Virus record (IMG/VR): IMGVR_UViG_3300010354_000111 | Span: 1 to 56,211 of that record | Source of the DNA: a virus | Taxonomy: Duplodnaviria > Caudoviricetes | Direction: 5' to 3' (one strand) | Length of the DNA stretch: 56,211 nt | Shown here: positions 38,973-49,403 of the stretch, piece by piece | How positions within the stretch are numbered: the stretch's first letter is position 1 | How the letters are laid out: every line of letters starts with the position of its first letter | Program-made: the position numbers and the translations under genes | The notes under the pieces: model-generated | What the model was told of the DNA's origin: nothing | Databases searched by the model: none | What the model saw: only the letters and a program-made list of their open reading frames with translations

Positions 38973-40833
38973 TTACTGGATACACGTTGACATCTAGCCC
39001 TTTTGTCCTATTTACTATTGGATTTGATGTACTATCATCAAGTAACAGAATTTGATTTCTGTTGACAGTAACATCTAAATAAGAATTTTGAGGGGCTACC
39101 ATAATTCTTAAATCCGTAGAATCATCATAAAAACCTGTAACATTTAAGGTGGGAATTGAAACAGTTCCTGCACCATAATCTATAGTTCCAAAACTATCTT
39201 TAACAACTGCATTTGTAATTGGATTTATTAATTTTATTATGCCTGCACCTGAATAATTTGGAAGACTATCAGTAGGATAATCCTTCATTATTACAGGATA
39301 AACTACATTTTCTATAGTAATAGCAAATCTCGTACTTTCTAAACTACCAGGTAATAATCCAACATAAAATTTTAATGAATCATCATCGCTAAAAATTAAA
39401 TCTGTAGACAGAGCAGGAATTATTCTTTTTTGTATTTTAAGAGAAATAAGATTCCCTACTATAGAATCCTCAGATTCATCTATTAGTTTAGATAATTTTG
39501 AAAAGACAAAGTCTTGGTCAAATCTTTTTAAATTATTGTTAAAATAGTTGTTTATGGATTCCAATACTAGTTGTTTTATATCATCTGATGTTAATGAAGT
39601 AAGTTTAAAATTATATTTCACATTAACCATCAAATTAATATAGAAATACTCTGGATCTACATATTCTGGTGTCACAGACAATATTTTCTTTTGCTTCAAG
39701 TAATTAGAGATATTATTTTTAATATCCTCAGTGATAGTGAATCCAGTAGCAGGACTTAAAGCAATAATTACTTTACCGTATTTTTTCGGAATATTTTCCT
39801 CCCCACCCCAAACTGAAATAGAATCAATAAGAGCAGGATAATACGTATCTATTAGTACTTTATAATCATCTGCTGTAACAGCTCTATTTTGAGAAGAATT
39901 AAACTTTGGAGCATTAAATTTTATTTCAGTTATCGTCTCTCTATTAGCTCCGTAATTTGAATTAATAGATGTAACTATATTAGTAATCCCACCGCCACCA
40001 ACCGTTGCAGAGGTTGTAAAATTTTGTGTAATAAGACTGGAAACATTACAATCAGATCCATTACTTATTAGATATTGTACCTTGACCAGATTACCGTTAA
40101 CTAATTTTTTCCCTAAAACGCCATCGCCAAAAATTAATTGAAATTTCCCTGTAGGGGATTCTTCGATATAATATACTTTAGAATCTCCATTAATATCAAC
40201 CACGTCATCTGCGAATTCAAATGTGGTAGTAGTTGTATCAGTATTAGAATTTTGTACTGTTACAACTAATGAAGTTGTATCTATATTCTCATTGGGAATT
40301 TCGTATTTTTCCCCTGGACCAGGATTATTGACTCTAAAGATGTATTCTAAAGGTATTCCTTCCAATATTTCTACATCATTAAATTCATAAACTCCAGACA
40401 CTGGTACAATAGTTTTAGGTTGTACATTTACAAAAGTATATGATACATTGTTAATTATAGTATTAAAAGCGGTATACTTATCTAGTGTAAGGGAAGTTGG
40501 ATTTCCTGACGGAGCACTAACAGTGAACCCTATAGTAGCTCTCGCACTTCTTACTGATCTAGGTGTATATCCGAGATGTTTAGCAATGGACACTGCTGAT
40601 TCTCTTTTAACTGCAGAATCTAAAAACATTTCATTCATTAGCATATTGGCATAATAACCATTATAATGCGTATTATATGCAAGTAAATCTAATAGAACAG
40701 ATAAAGCAGAGCCGCTAAAATCATAATCTGTAAATACTAGATCTCCATTACTGTCCCTATAATTCTTCAGAAAGGTTTTTAGATTTTCTTTAATACTATC
40801 GAAATCTAAATCTGAAATCTTAAGATTGGCCAT
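38965..40833 (-). CDS. gp6: Baseplate wedge gp6
   Basis: LDFD.IK.NLK.FL, FTDYDF.GS..SVLLD.LAYNTHYN, QNRAVT..DY, WGGE.N.P..YGKV. Confidence 0.95.
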   Translation of the reverse strand: MANLKISDLDFDSIKENLKTFLKNYRDSNGDLVFTDYDFSGSALSVLLDLLAYNTHYNGYYANMLMNEMFLDSAVKRESAVSIAKHLGYTPRSVRSARATIGFTVSAPSGNPTSLTLDKYTAFNTIINNVSYTFVNVQPKTIVPVSGVYEFNDVEILEGIPLEYIFRVNNPGPGEKYEIPNENIDTTSLVVTVQNSNTDTTTTTFEFADDVVDINGDSKVYYIEESPTGKFQLIFGDGVLGKKLVNGNLVKVQYLISNGSDCNVSSLITQNFTTSATVGGGGITNIVTSINSNYGANRETITEIKFNAPKFNSSQNRAVTADDYKVLIDTYYPALIDSISVWGGEENIPKKYGKVIIALSPATGFTITEDIKNNISNYLKQKKILSVTPEYVDPEYFYINLMVNVKYNFKLTSLTSDDIKQLVLESINNYFNNNLKRFDQDFVFSKLSKLIDESEDSIVGNLISLKIQKRIIPALSTDLIFSDDDSLKFYVGLLPGSLESTRFAITIENVVYPVIMKDYPTDSLPNYSGAGIIKLINPITNAVVKDSFGTIDYGAGTVSIPTLNVTGFYDDSTDLRIMVAPQNSYLDVTVNRNQILLLDDSTSNPIVNRTKGLDVNVYPVNA

Positions 40834-41234
40834 TATCTTGCTCTACTTAATGTTGTTAATACAGTTATGGGCAAATCTATATTTCTAGGAGTAAAAATTA
40901 TTTCTACACTTAATCCGTTTTCATCTACACTTTCGAAAACATTTACTGATATAATTCTAACTCTAGGTTCAAATCTTTCTATAACATTTCTGACTGTTCT
41001 TTCAGCAGCAGCTTTGACAGCAGGAGAAAAGTTTTCAAATAATAATGAATAAATTTGGCATCCAAGTTCTGGTTGAAAAGGTCTTTCATAGTTCTTAGTC
41101 AAAACTAGATTTCTTACGGAAGCTTTTATAGCTTCAAAATCAAAGTTTCTATTCACATCTTTAGTATAAGGATGCGATTCAAATAATAAATCTAAATCAG
41201 AATATTCCCTAGATTTTCTATTTACAGTTGCCAT
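40833..41234 (-). CDS. gp25: Baseplate wedge gp25
   Basis: YSDLDL.F..HP, AIKASVRNLVLT..YERPFQP.LG, FEPRV. Confidence 0.95.
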   Translation of the reverse strand: MATVNRKSREYSDLDLLFESHPYTKDVNRNFDFEAIKASVRNLVLTKNYERPFQPELGCQIYSLLFENFSPAVKAAAERTVRNVIERFEPRVRIISVNVFESVDENGLSVEIIFTPRNIDLPITVLTTLSRAR

Positions 41235-41246
41235 TTGAGCCCTAAT

Positions 41247-41254
41247 TATTTATT
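41247..41254 (-). promoter_or_regulatory. Late promoter variant AATAAATA
   Basis: One mismatch from consensus, upstream of gp25. Confidence 0.45.
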
Positions 41255-43904
41255 ATGCTTGATTTGCGAGTTGATTTCTATGAGTAACCACATGATTCAT
41301 CAATGTTCCTACTCGCATAGCTCTTGTTTTATTAGATTTATCAAAAGCGATATGTATCCAAGATATAACTATAGTACCTCTTCTTTCATATTCAAGTAAT
41401 AACTGTGCATGAGGTATATTCTTTTCAATCCATTTAGCTACTTCAAAATATTGAGGATAGCTCCTAGAATTGAATTGCATATCCGCTGCCATACCTCTAG
41501 CGTGATCCTCTTCTCTAACTACAATTTCCCTTCCGTTCCTATCTTTAATTTTTCTGCCGTCTACTCTAAAACAACTAGTAACAATCATATCTGCATATTT
41601 TGCCTTTATAGGTTCTAGACAAACCTCAGCTAGATATTTCATATTACATAATATTTCTCCTCGAGAAATACCCTTTTGCGCTACAAGAGTGTTTTTAAAT
41701 AGTAAAGACGATAAAGTATAATTTTTAGATAAAATTATAGATGAAGGAAAATTATTTTGCCTATCAAACTCTAAAAAATCATTACAACTGAAATTTCTTG
41801 TATTTCTCTGTGGACTTGTTGCAGCAGATGTTTCACTAACATAGATAGAGGTGTCATTTATAATTTCTTGTATTAATCTATCTGTTCTATAACTAACTGC
41901 TTCAGGAGAAGTAGACGTAATAGGATCATCATTCAAAAAGGTTTTTTCGTCTGTTTCGTTCTTCACTTTATCTGGTTTGTCAACAATAGTAGGAAATTCT
42001 TTACTTGGAGGAGTAGAAACAGGCAAGTTAATTTCTGAAATAGCTGTAGCCCCCATTTTTGTTTTTATTACAGATGCATCCATCCTTAACTCGAAACCAC
42101 CATTTATACTAGTGCTATCTAATGATTGCATCGCTAGTTTTCTTTTAGATTTTATTGTCACATCATTACTGCTTGAATATAGATTAAGATCTTTGCCCTG
42201 CAGTTTAGTGTTTCCACCTGATGTCATATTCAATGCAGTCTTACCAGAAATATTCACTACATCTGCTACTAAATCTAATGACTCAGCCGCTTGTACACTC
42301 ATACTACCATTGCTAATTACAGTAGCAGTTCCTAATACTTGTATATCAGCATTGTTTTTAACAAGCAGTTTACTAGAACCATCTACTGTAATATTTTGCC
42401 CACCTCTTATATAAGTATAACTATTGTTATCTACTAATTCAAAAGAATCACCTATAGTTTTTCTTACCGATGTGCCATTTACATCTAATTCTATAAAAGT
42501 ACCAGACTTATGATATAGATTTATTCTTTCATGCCCTGGCGTATTATCAAACTCTAGTAAATGCCCGGCTTCAGTTTCAACTACGTGGTTATAAGGATAC
42601 TTAGCAGAGTAGGGAGATTTTGGTTGTTCCCATACTTTACTAGAATTTGCTAAATTCACATCAGTTGATCTATACCATTCTTTATTCACTAATGAAGGAT
42701 GTGTCAATCCTCTTGCTAACTTATTTGTGTCAGGTGATCCATAATAATCCAAGGTAGGATACACTTTATTTGGATCAGCAAATCCTTGTCTATCTAACAA
42801 TTCTTTATTGGTAGCAACTGTAGATTCAGATGATCCTGTATCAGTTTCGGATTGGGGTTCTTCACCACTTCCTCCTACTGCTCGACTAGCTGCAGTATAA
42901 AATTTTGATCTTGGAGTACCGTTTCCGTCAACACTATCTAAACCCCTTGCTAAATTTACGGCTGCCCCTGCACCACCGTTATGAGCAGCAGCTAATAAAC
43001 CCGCTACTTTTTCTGCAGTATCAGATGTTGTGATAATACCTTTACTTTTCAGTATATTATAATTTCTTTCCAATAACTGAAACATTATTGATTCTTGAGC
43101 AGTGCCATTATTAATATAGGCGTCTAAAGAATTTAGACCATTTTTATTTTCCCAATTAGAAGCCTTTAAAAGATTAGTATTATCATAATTTTGTCTTTTA
43201 TTGCCTAAATTTTTAACATACCCTAAATCTATTAATGCTGCATATCCAAATTGATACTTACCCCAATAATTTGAAGAATTATATGCTCCATAAAATTGAG
43301 AAGAATTAGCATCGCTTCTTGATAATATATCTTTATAATTTAATTTAGTATAAACTGCTGTTCCTGTTCCAGAAGAAGATTCTATTTTAGCGATAGCATT
43401 CATCATACTTTTTATCTGACTTGGAGTCAAAGGAGGTAAACTATTTCTAATAGTGTCCTTTGTTGCGCTGTCATTATTTTTAGATGTTTCAATTACAATC
43501 GGTTCGTTACTAGAATCTCTGACGATTTCGCCGTCTTGCGATCGTAAATAACTATCATTCTGAGCTTTTGATTCCTCAATTTTTCTAGTTTCAGTCGCAC
43601 CCTTTGTCTTATTTTTGCCTGCTATAGTTCCCATCATTATGGGCTGCTGCATATCCTCGCCATCTAAAAACCAACCTACGACCCAAGTACCTTCTAATGG
43701 ACCTATAGGTGTGGATCCTTTACCTGATATAGCAGCAGATGTGATAGGTTGTAAAGGTAAAGCCCAAGGTAAATCTTTTGTAGGCAACTCTACAGGATCC
43801 TCAGTATGATAACCAAAGATCCTTACTTTACATCTACCGAGTTGTTCAGGATCATCTCTGTCCTCTACAACTCCTATCCACCATGTACCCTTATGTCCAA
43901 TCAT
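41253..43904 (-). CDS. gp5: Baseplate hub/spike gp5 with lysozyme-like and peptidase M15-like domains
   Basis: WWIGVVEDR.DP..LGRCKVRI.G.H (OB fold); ESS..GKYQFG..HN.G.G (lysozyme-like); YPYNHV.ETE.GH..E.DNTPG.ER; C-terminal H-x6-D..WIH. Confidence 0.9.
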   Translation of the reverse strand: MIGHKGTWWIGVVEDRDDPEQLGRCKVRIFGYHTEDPVELPTKDLPWALPLQPITSAAISGKGSTPIGPLEGTWVVGWFLDGEDMQQPIMMGTIAGKNKTKGATETRKIEESKAQNDSYLRSQDGEIVRDSSNEPIVIETSKNNDSATKDTIRNSLPPLTPSQIKSMMNAIAKIESSSGTGTAVYTKLNYKDILSRSDANSSQFYGAYNSSNYWGKYQFGYAALIDLGYVKNLGNKRQNYDNTNLLKASNWENKNGLNSLDAYINNGTAQESIMFQLLERNYNILKSKGIITTSDTAEKVAGLLAAAHNGGAGAAVNLARGLDSVDGNGTPRSKFYTAASRAVGGSGEEPQSETDTGSSESTVATNKELLDRQGFADPNKVYPTLDYYGSPDTNKLARGLTHPSLVNKEWYRSTDVNLANSSKVWEQPKSPYSAKYPYNHVVETEAGHLLEFDNTPGHERINLYHKSGTFIELDVNGTSVRKTIGDSFELVDNNSYTYIRGGQNITVDGSSKLLVKNNADIQVLGTATVISNGSMSVQAAESLDLVADVVNISGKTALNMTSGGNTKLQGKDLNLYSSSNDVTIKSKRKLAMQSLDSTSINGGFELRMDASVIKTKMGATAISEINLPVSTPPSKEFPTIVDKPDKVKNETDEKTFLNDDPITSTSPEAVSYRTDRLIQEIINDTSIYVSETSAATSPQRNTRNFSCNDFLEFDRQNNFPSSIILSKNYTLSSLLFKNTLVAQKGISRGEILCNMKYLAEVCLEPIKAKYADMIVTSCFRVDGRKIKDRNGREIVVREEDHARGMAADMQFNSRSYPQYFEVAKWIEKNIPHAQLLLEYERRGTIVISWIHIAFDKSNKTRAMRVGTLMNHVVTHRNQLANQA

Positions 43905-45267
43905 CTGTTGAATCTAATCCAGTGTATGAATCTTTAGCTATTTCTAACAGCATACTATGCTTTTGAGATATAGCATTAATCTTATGATGAATTTTAGTAA
44001 TTAAAAACATACCAGAATATACTGCATCTACTTTATCATTAGCTATATCCTCGTCATCGACAGGCGATGTATCAGGAATATCTACTTCTATCATTGAACC
44101 AACTTCTACATCCGTTCTGCCTGGTATAGCTATTTCTATTTTATAATTTTTAAGTTCATGTAAATTAGATAATCTATTACCATATATTTCAGGCATTTTT
44201 TCATTTACATTGTCAGTTACGCCAGTAAATAAATTAGATTGAACTGTATAAACCTTTACATTATTTTTTGGGTTAGTAAACAATCCCGAATATAACGGTT
44301 TAGCATTATTGTTGTTGCTACCACTTGTATGATTATATTGATCAAACTTATCTAAATGATAATAATCGTTATATTGATAATCCTTATTCATGATATCTAA
44401 TGCGACCATTCTATTACTAAGGTATCCATTTCTCGCACCAGATAAAGTATCCATTATTTTGCTCATTTTAATATCTTCAATTCTATACATTCTATCTGTT
44501 AGATTGTCTATGGATAATGGACCTGGGGGAAAAAATTTATATCTTCCTATAGACATATTAGGATTAGTGTGGGAAATTTCAAATATCTTCTCTATAGGAC
44601 CGAAGTAAAATTGTTTATTAGATTCCCAAAACAAAAAATTACAAGCTTTTCCTTTGGCAGGAATAGCTTTCGATGCTAACCATTGTATACATTTTATAGG
44701 TGACCAACCTGGACTTACAAATTTTACACTATTTTCTGTTTCATCTAATATAAGTAAAGAAGTTTTTTCAACCTCTTCTGTAACTTTATTTGTTGCAGGA
44801 TCAACAGTTAAGTTTCTAGTCATGCTTAGATGTTGATCAAAAATGTCCCCAACTACCTCACTAATCTTACCCTCAAATGAACTAAAAAGATTATTAATAG
44901 TATCACGTATGGCTTCATAGGATATAAAATTCAAAATCATTTGTGTAGTGGACTGATCTATTATAGCTCTATCAGTTATAGAATAAACCTTAAAGGTTTT
45001 CCTGATAGAATTATCACTATCGAAATTAGGTGTTCGAAATTGAATAACTATGTATTCTTCACCACAAATACCTAAAGTTTTGAATAAGTTTTTGCTATCA
45101 GAAATTAAAATGGACCCAGACATAACAGGTGAGTATATGCTTTCGTATATACTCAGTTCTATCATAAATCCTCTAAGGTCAACAGGAATACCTTCGGCAG
45201 AAACCAAATAAAGTTGATCAATAACAACTTCACCTGTTCTTTGAAGTTGTTCAGAGACAATACTCAT
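43891..45267 (-). CDS. Baseplate hub protein (gp27-like)
   Basis: IYESIYSP.MSG.I.I.D, P.W.P...I.WL, FLFWE, IPGRTD..VG, YSG.FLITKIHH; between gp53 and gp5. Confidence 0.7.
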   Translation of the reverse strand: MSIVSEQLQRTGEVVIDQLYLVSAEGIPVDLRGFMIELSIYESIYSPVMSGSILISDSKNLFKTLGICGEEYIVIQFRTPNFDSDNSIRKTFKVYSITDRAIIDQSTTQMILNFISYEAIRDTINNLFSSFEGKISEVVGDIFDQHLSMTRNLTVDPATNKVTEEVEKTSLLILDETENSVKFVSPGWSPIKCIQWLASKAIPAKGKACNFLFWESNKQFYFGPIEKIFEISHTNPNMSIGRYKFFPPGPLSIDNLTDRMYRIEDIKMSKIMDTLSGARNGYLSNRMVALDIMNKDYQYNDYYHLDKFDQYNHTSGSNNNNAKPLYSGLFTNPKNNVKVYTVQSNLFTGVTDNVNEKMPEIYGNRLSNLHELKNYKIEIAIPGRTDVEVGSMIEVDIPDTSPVDDEDIANDKVDAVYSGMFLITKIHHKINAISQKHSMLLEIAKDSYTGLDSTDDWT

Positions 45268-45851
45268 CTAGATATTATTCTTCCAAAGTCCTTAACTATC
45301 TCACTAACAACTTCAGGCTTAAGAATTTTTATTCTTCTTTTTGATTCATTTATTGCTGTTTCATATTCTAATCTGGATACTGGATATAGAGTAAATGGAG
45401 GATCTACAAGTAATAATGATGTGGTATCTTCTAATACTAGATATATCTCTTCTCCTGCAGCATTTGGTGAGTCCTCAGATAGGGGATTGTATCCATTAAC
45501 TACGTAAGATTTATCATTAGTGTATAATTTAGTCTTATAAATTTCAGTTTCGCCCCCATACTTGGTGATGCAAAATTCATATAAATTTTCCTGTGATAAT
45601 GGCCAATCAAATCTCGGATCAATTAATGAATTAGCTTGTAGAATTACCCAATAGTAAATTGGTGATCCATAATATACGTCTGATAGAATTTCAGGAGTCT
45701 CACCATCCTTTATATCGTGTAAATCATAAAAGGCACTATTCTTAATATACTCTTCCTTAACTATTGTTCTTCTCATTATATCGGTCACAACTTGTCCTGT
45801 ACGCCCTTCATCTAATGAATAAAGAATTTTAGGAAAATAGTTAAAATACAT
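45264..45851 (-). CDS. gp53: Baseplate wedge gp53
   Basis: YF.YFP.I.Y, IKDGETPE.L....YG...YYWVIL..N...P..DWP, NESKR.IKILKP. Confidence 0.92.
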   Translation of the reverse strand: MYFNYFPKILYSLDEGRTGQVVTDIMRRTIVKEEYIKNSAFYDLHDIKDGETPEILSDVYYGSPIYYWVILQANSLIDPRFDWPLSQENLYEFCITKYGGETEIYKTKLYTNDKSYVVNGYNPLSEDSPNAAGEEIYLVLEDTTSLLLVDPPFTLYPVSRLEYETAINESKRRIKILKPEVVSEIVKDFGRIISR

Positions 45852-46996
45852 TAGAAGCCTCTTTGCATTTCTCGTTTAGTTAAAAGTTCTACTTCTCTAA
45901 ATGTCAATGTTAAATTAACTTGTGTTGGAGCCCCGTTAGAAAAAGTAGAAAAACTATCACCACCATATTCTACACCCATATCAGTCAAAACACAATTACC
46001 TATTCTATGAAAATAAACGTTTTCTTTAGTATCACCCTTTTCATCGACAAAATAATATACTATATCAAATTCTGAAGGATAGATATAGAAAAATCCACTA
46101 GATGTAAGTTCTGGATGCATGTGTTCCTTAAACTTATCTATTATGTTTTTTACGTTTCTAGTTTCTTTTTCGCTTTTAGGAAAGAATCTATATCTAAAAC
46201 TAAATGTTCTGTAGTCTATTGATTCAAAAAGAACTTCATTATATGGATTTATTTGAACTCCGGCAGCTGCACCTAACAAGTCTGCTAATGTAGCTCCCCC
46301 TATAGCATTAGGAATCTTAGCTGCTTGTGCTAATCCTAAAGCTGCAGCTTCTCCTATATTATTTTTAAATGTATCCTTAGCAGAAGCAGTTGAAGCAGCG
46401 AATCCTGCTAGAATACCTAAACTTTTATTATTGTATTTTACACCATATTTTACTGAAGGTCTATCCTCTACATGTAATGTTACTACATCCTTCAATCTTT
46501 TGAATTTTGTTGGACTTAATACGGGAAGTCTTTTAATAGCTTCAGTAGCAATATAAGCTGTGGATAATGCTGTTATTCCGCCAGTAAACAAAAAAGAACT
46601 TGTATTTTTTAAAGTTTGTGCTGCAGATTTCCCCTTTAATCTTACAGCAGAATCTTTAAGAGTCTTTATTCCTACAGCAGTTGCTGCAGTTGTTAATGCG
46701 GTGCTAGTGACCAATGCTGTAGACCAGGCATTGCCATTCTTTCTTTGAGTTGCACTTATTACTGGAACTTCATTTTCAGATAATAATTCATTTTTAGGTT
46801 GTAATCTAGATTTATCCCTGACATTAATATAAAATGCTACAAAGTGCCTAAGATCGGGGGCAGTACCCAAATTTTCTGGATACTGAAAATTACCGACACT
46901 GACGTTATATTTAGAAAGATCGTAGCTCTTGTTTCTACGTTTTTCGTATTCCTCTAAATCGTCTTTTATTGTGGGTTGAGCTTGATTGTCGGCCAT
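45851..46996 (-). CDS. gp48: Baseplate tail-tube cap gp48
   Basis: NP.NEVLF....RTFSF.Y.F.PKS..E...V..II..FK..MHP, YPSEFDI, CVLT...V.Y, L.F.E.E.LT. Confidence 0.85.
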   Translation of the reverse strand: MADNQAQPTIKDDLEEYEKRRNKSYDLSKYNVSVGNFQYPENLGTAPDLRHFVAFYINVRDKSRLQPKNELLSENEVPVISATQRKNGNAWSTALVTSTALTTAATAVGIKTLKDSAVRLKGKSAAQTLKNTSSFLFTGGITALSTAYIATEAIKRLPVLSPTKFKRLKDVVTLHVEDRPSVKYGVKYNNKSLGILAGFAASTASAKDTFKNNIGEAAALGLAQAAKIPNAIGGATLADLLGAAAGVQINPYNEVLFESIDYRTFSFRYRFFPKSEKETRNVKNIIDKFKEHMHPELTSSGFFYIYPSEFDIVYYFVDEKGDTKENVYFHRIGNCVLTDMGVEYGGDSFSTFSNGAPTQVNLTLTFREVELLTKREMQRGF

Positions 46997-47003
46997 TCTT
47001 TGA

Positions 47004-47040
47004 AATAAATAATAGGGGTAAGTGTTATTTATTATTTATA
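47004..47040. promoter_or_regulatory. Face-to-face late promoters for gp48 and gp4
   Basis: Plus strand AATAAATA at 47004-47011; minus strand TATAAATA at 47033-47040 and AATAAATA at 47026-47033. Confidence 0.65.
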
Positions 47041-47046
47041 TTCAAA

Positions 47047-47505
47047 ATGTATACAAAAACCTACAAGGGACGATTTAAACCATTAAATCCTAGTAAATAC
47101 AAAGGTGACGTTTTAAACGTCATCTATAGATCCCTATGGGAACTAAGATTTATGAAATGGTGTGACGGAAATACTTCAGTAATAGAATGGGGATCTGAAA
47201 CAGTAATTATTCCCTATTTGTCACCCGTAGATAATAGAGTTCATAGGTATTTTGTGGATTTTTATATTAAAGTTAGAAACTCTAATAACGTGGTACAAAA
47301 ATATTTAATTGAAATAAAACCAGAAAAATTCACAAAACCACCAGAGATCCCAGTAAAGAAAACTAAAAAATTTATAGATGAAGTTTACCAATATGGGATT
47401 AATCAAGCTAAATGGAAAGCTGCATTTGAATTTTGCCAAGACAGAAAAATGAAATTTATGATACTAACAGAAAAGGATTTAGGACTTACACCAAAAAATG
47501 GCTAG
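47047..47505 (+). CDS. gp4: Head completion nuclease gp4
   Basis: YKGRFKP.NP.KY.GD...IYRSLWE..FM.WCD, HRYF.DF, IEIKP, NQAKW.AA; start set at ATG 47047. Confidence 0.93.
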   Translation: MYTKTYKGRFKPLNPSKYKGDVLNVIYRSLWELRFMKWCDGNTSVIEWGSETVIIPYLSPVDNRVHRYFVDFYIKVRNSNNVVQKYLIEIKPEKFTKPPEIPVKKTKKFIDEVYQYGINQAKWKAAFEFCQDRKMKFMILTEKDLGLTPKNG

Positions 47506-48061
47506 TATATTTGACACTATAAAAGTAAATCAAGAGGATACGCAAAAATCCTATAGATGGTTTCAAAGCCAAGTTAAACAACTTGGCAGCAAAGTTAATC
47601 AAAATAATTTGATGCAAAATTCCAGGCAGATGAAAAATAATATCCTACCTGGAGAAATGTATCTTTTTTACTATGATCCAAAGCACAAGGAAACTCTACC
47701 GTATTACGACACTTTTCCACTAGTATTACCATTTAGAAAAGTTGAAGATGGATTTTATGGTATTAATCTACACTATATGCCTTATTTGATGAGATTTAAG
47801 TTATTAAAAGCTTTATCAGAAAATGCAACAGATACTAACTATAATCAAAATACCAAAATAAGAATATCGTGGAGAATACTAGTTAGTTTTTCATCCATAG
47901 CATCAATCAATGGCTCAGTTAAACACTATTTAGATAATCATGTTAAATCTAGATTTTTAAAGATAAATTATCCCGATTGGATCACAGCATCTCAATTACC
48001 TATTGAACAATTTGAAAAAGCTAGTAAAACTAAAGTCTGGAGAGAAGCTAGTAATAGGTAA
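47498..48061 (+). CDS. gp2: DNA end protector gp2
   Basis: G.MYLF.YDPK.K..LPYYD.FPLV, G.NLHY, K.YL..HV.S, LP.EQF.K. Confidence 0.92.
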   Translation: MASIFDTIKVNQEDTQKSYRWFQSQVKQLGSKVNQNNLMQNSRQMKNNILPGEMYLFYYDPKHKETLPYYDTFPLVLPFRKVEDGFYGINLHYMPYLMRFKLLKALSENATDTNYNQNTKIRISWRILVSFSSIASINGSVKHYLDNHVKSRFLKINYPDWITASQLPIEQFEKASKTKVWREASNR

Positions 48062-48068
48062 GGATTAA

Positions 48069-48698
48069 ATGGCAAATTTTAATTTAAATAATTTCAAAAC
48101 AGCAGTACTAACTCAAGGTATTGCTAAACCTAATAGATTTGAAGTATTAATTACTGTGCCTACGGTGATGCAACCATATGTTAATGATGCTAGATTAGTA
48201 AGTCTATTTTGTGAGAGTGCAAATCTTCCTCAATTAAATCTAGGAATAGCACCACAAAGAATTTATGGTCCTAATTATCAAAATCCTTTAACTATAGAAT
48301 ATGGTGGCGAATCAATACCTATGTCTTTTTTGGTAGATCAAAAACTTGTAGTGAAAAAATTCTTTGATACTTGGATACACAAAATAGTAGATCCTGTTTC
48401 CTTTCATGTGGGATATAGAAATAGTCCAGCAACAGGTTATACTTCTAAAATTATAATACATCAATTAAATGAAAGAGACGATCCTGTTTATTCAGTAGAA
48501 CTTGTTGATGCTTTTCCTAGAAACATCGGGATACTAGATTTGAATATGGCGTCACAAAATACCCCACATAAATTGAATGTTACGTTCACATATAGGCGTT
48601 GGAAAATTTACAATGAAACCGAAAGAGCATTAGCAGGTTCAATTTACTTAAATAAGAAAAACGAGGACGGAACATTTAGACAAATAGATTTTCAATAA
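48069..48698 (+). CDS. gp54: Baseplate tail-tube initiator (gp54/gp19-like)
   Basis: G.AKPNRF.V.I..P, CESANLP, FF..W...I, I.QL, L..AFP, V.F.YR.W. Confidence 0.72.
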   Translation: MANFNLNNFKTAVLTQGIAKPNRFEVLITVPTVMQPYVNDARLVSLFCESANLPQLNLGIAPQRIYGPNYQNPLTIEYGGESIPMSFLVDQKLVVKKFFDTWIHKIVDPVSFHVGYRNSPATGYTSKIIIHQLNERDDPVYSVELVDAFPRNIGILDLNMASQNTPHKLNVTFTYRRWKIYNETERALAGSIYLNKKNEDGTFRQIDFQ

Positions 48699-48707
48699 AG
48701 GAATATT

Positions 48708-49403
48708 ATGGCTTTGCCTATTTTAGAAACACCTACCTATGAATTGATATTACCATCCAATGGTAAAAAAATCAAATATAGACCTTTTCTAGTTAAAGAA
48801 TTTAAAATTTTACTTACAGCTATCGAATCTGATGCAGAAGAAATTACTAGAATTTTAACAGATCTTGTAGATAATTGTACATTTAATAAACTAGATATTG
48901 ATGCTCTTGCTCATTTTGATATAGAATTTATTTTTATTAATCTTAGAGCCAAATCAATAGGTGAAATAACCGATTTAGTTTACAAATGTGAATGTGAATA
49001 TGATAATAAGTTTACTATAAATTTGTTAGACTTAAAGGTGAATAAAAAAGAGAACTTCAATAACAAGATTATGATAACTAAAGATATAGGAGTTATACTA
49101 AGATATCCTAAATTCAATGAAATGATAGATATATATGAAAATCTAAATTCTACTAATATCATAGAACTAATTTGTAATTGTATAGAAAAAATATTTACTA
49201 AGGATCAAGTATATCAAACTAAAGATCAGGAAAAACAAGATATAATTACATTCTTAGAATCATTTACAAAAGAACAGTTTGAAAAAATAGAAAAATTTTT
49301 CTTGGATATGCCAAGAATTATACATGATGTAGAGCATACATGTGATGGGTGTAAAAAAGTAAATAATATAAAATTGGAGGGCCTGCAAAATTTTTTCGTC
49401 TAA
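48708..49403 (+). CDS. gp26: Baseplate hub assembly protein gp26
   Basis: MALP....PTYEL.LPS.GKKIKYRPFLVKE.KILL.A, DIE.IF..LRAKS.GE, C..C, LEGLQNFF. Confidence 0.92.
   Translation: MALPILETPTYELILPSNGKKIKYRPFLVKEFKILLTAIESDAEEITRILTDLVDNCTFNKLDIDALAHFDIEFIFINLRAKSIGEITDLVYKCECEYDNKFTINLLDLKVNKKENFNNKIMITKDIGVILRYPKFNEMIDIYENLNSTNIIELICNCIEKIFTKDQVYQTKDQEKQDIITFLESFTKEQFEKIEKFFLDMPRIIHDVEHTCDGCKKVNNIKLEGLQNFFV

Noticed and set aside
46969-47046. N-terminal extension of gp4 in the ORF track
   Set aside because: It overlaps the gp48 start and the promoter region; family similarity begins at ATG 47047.
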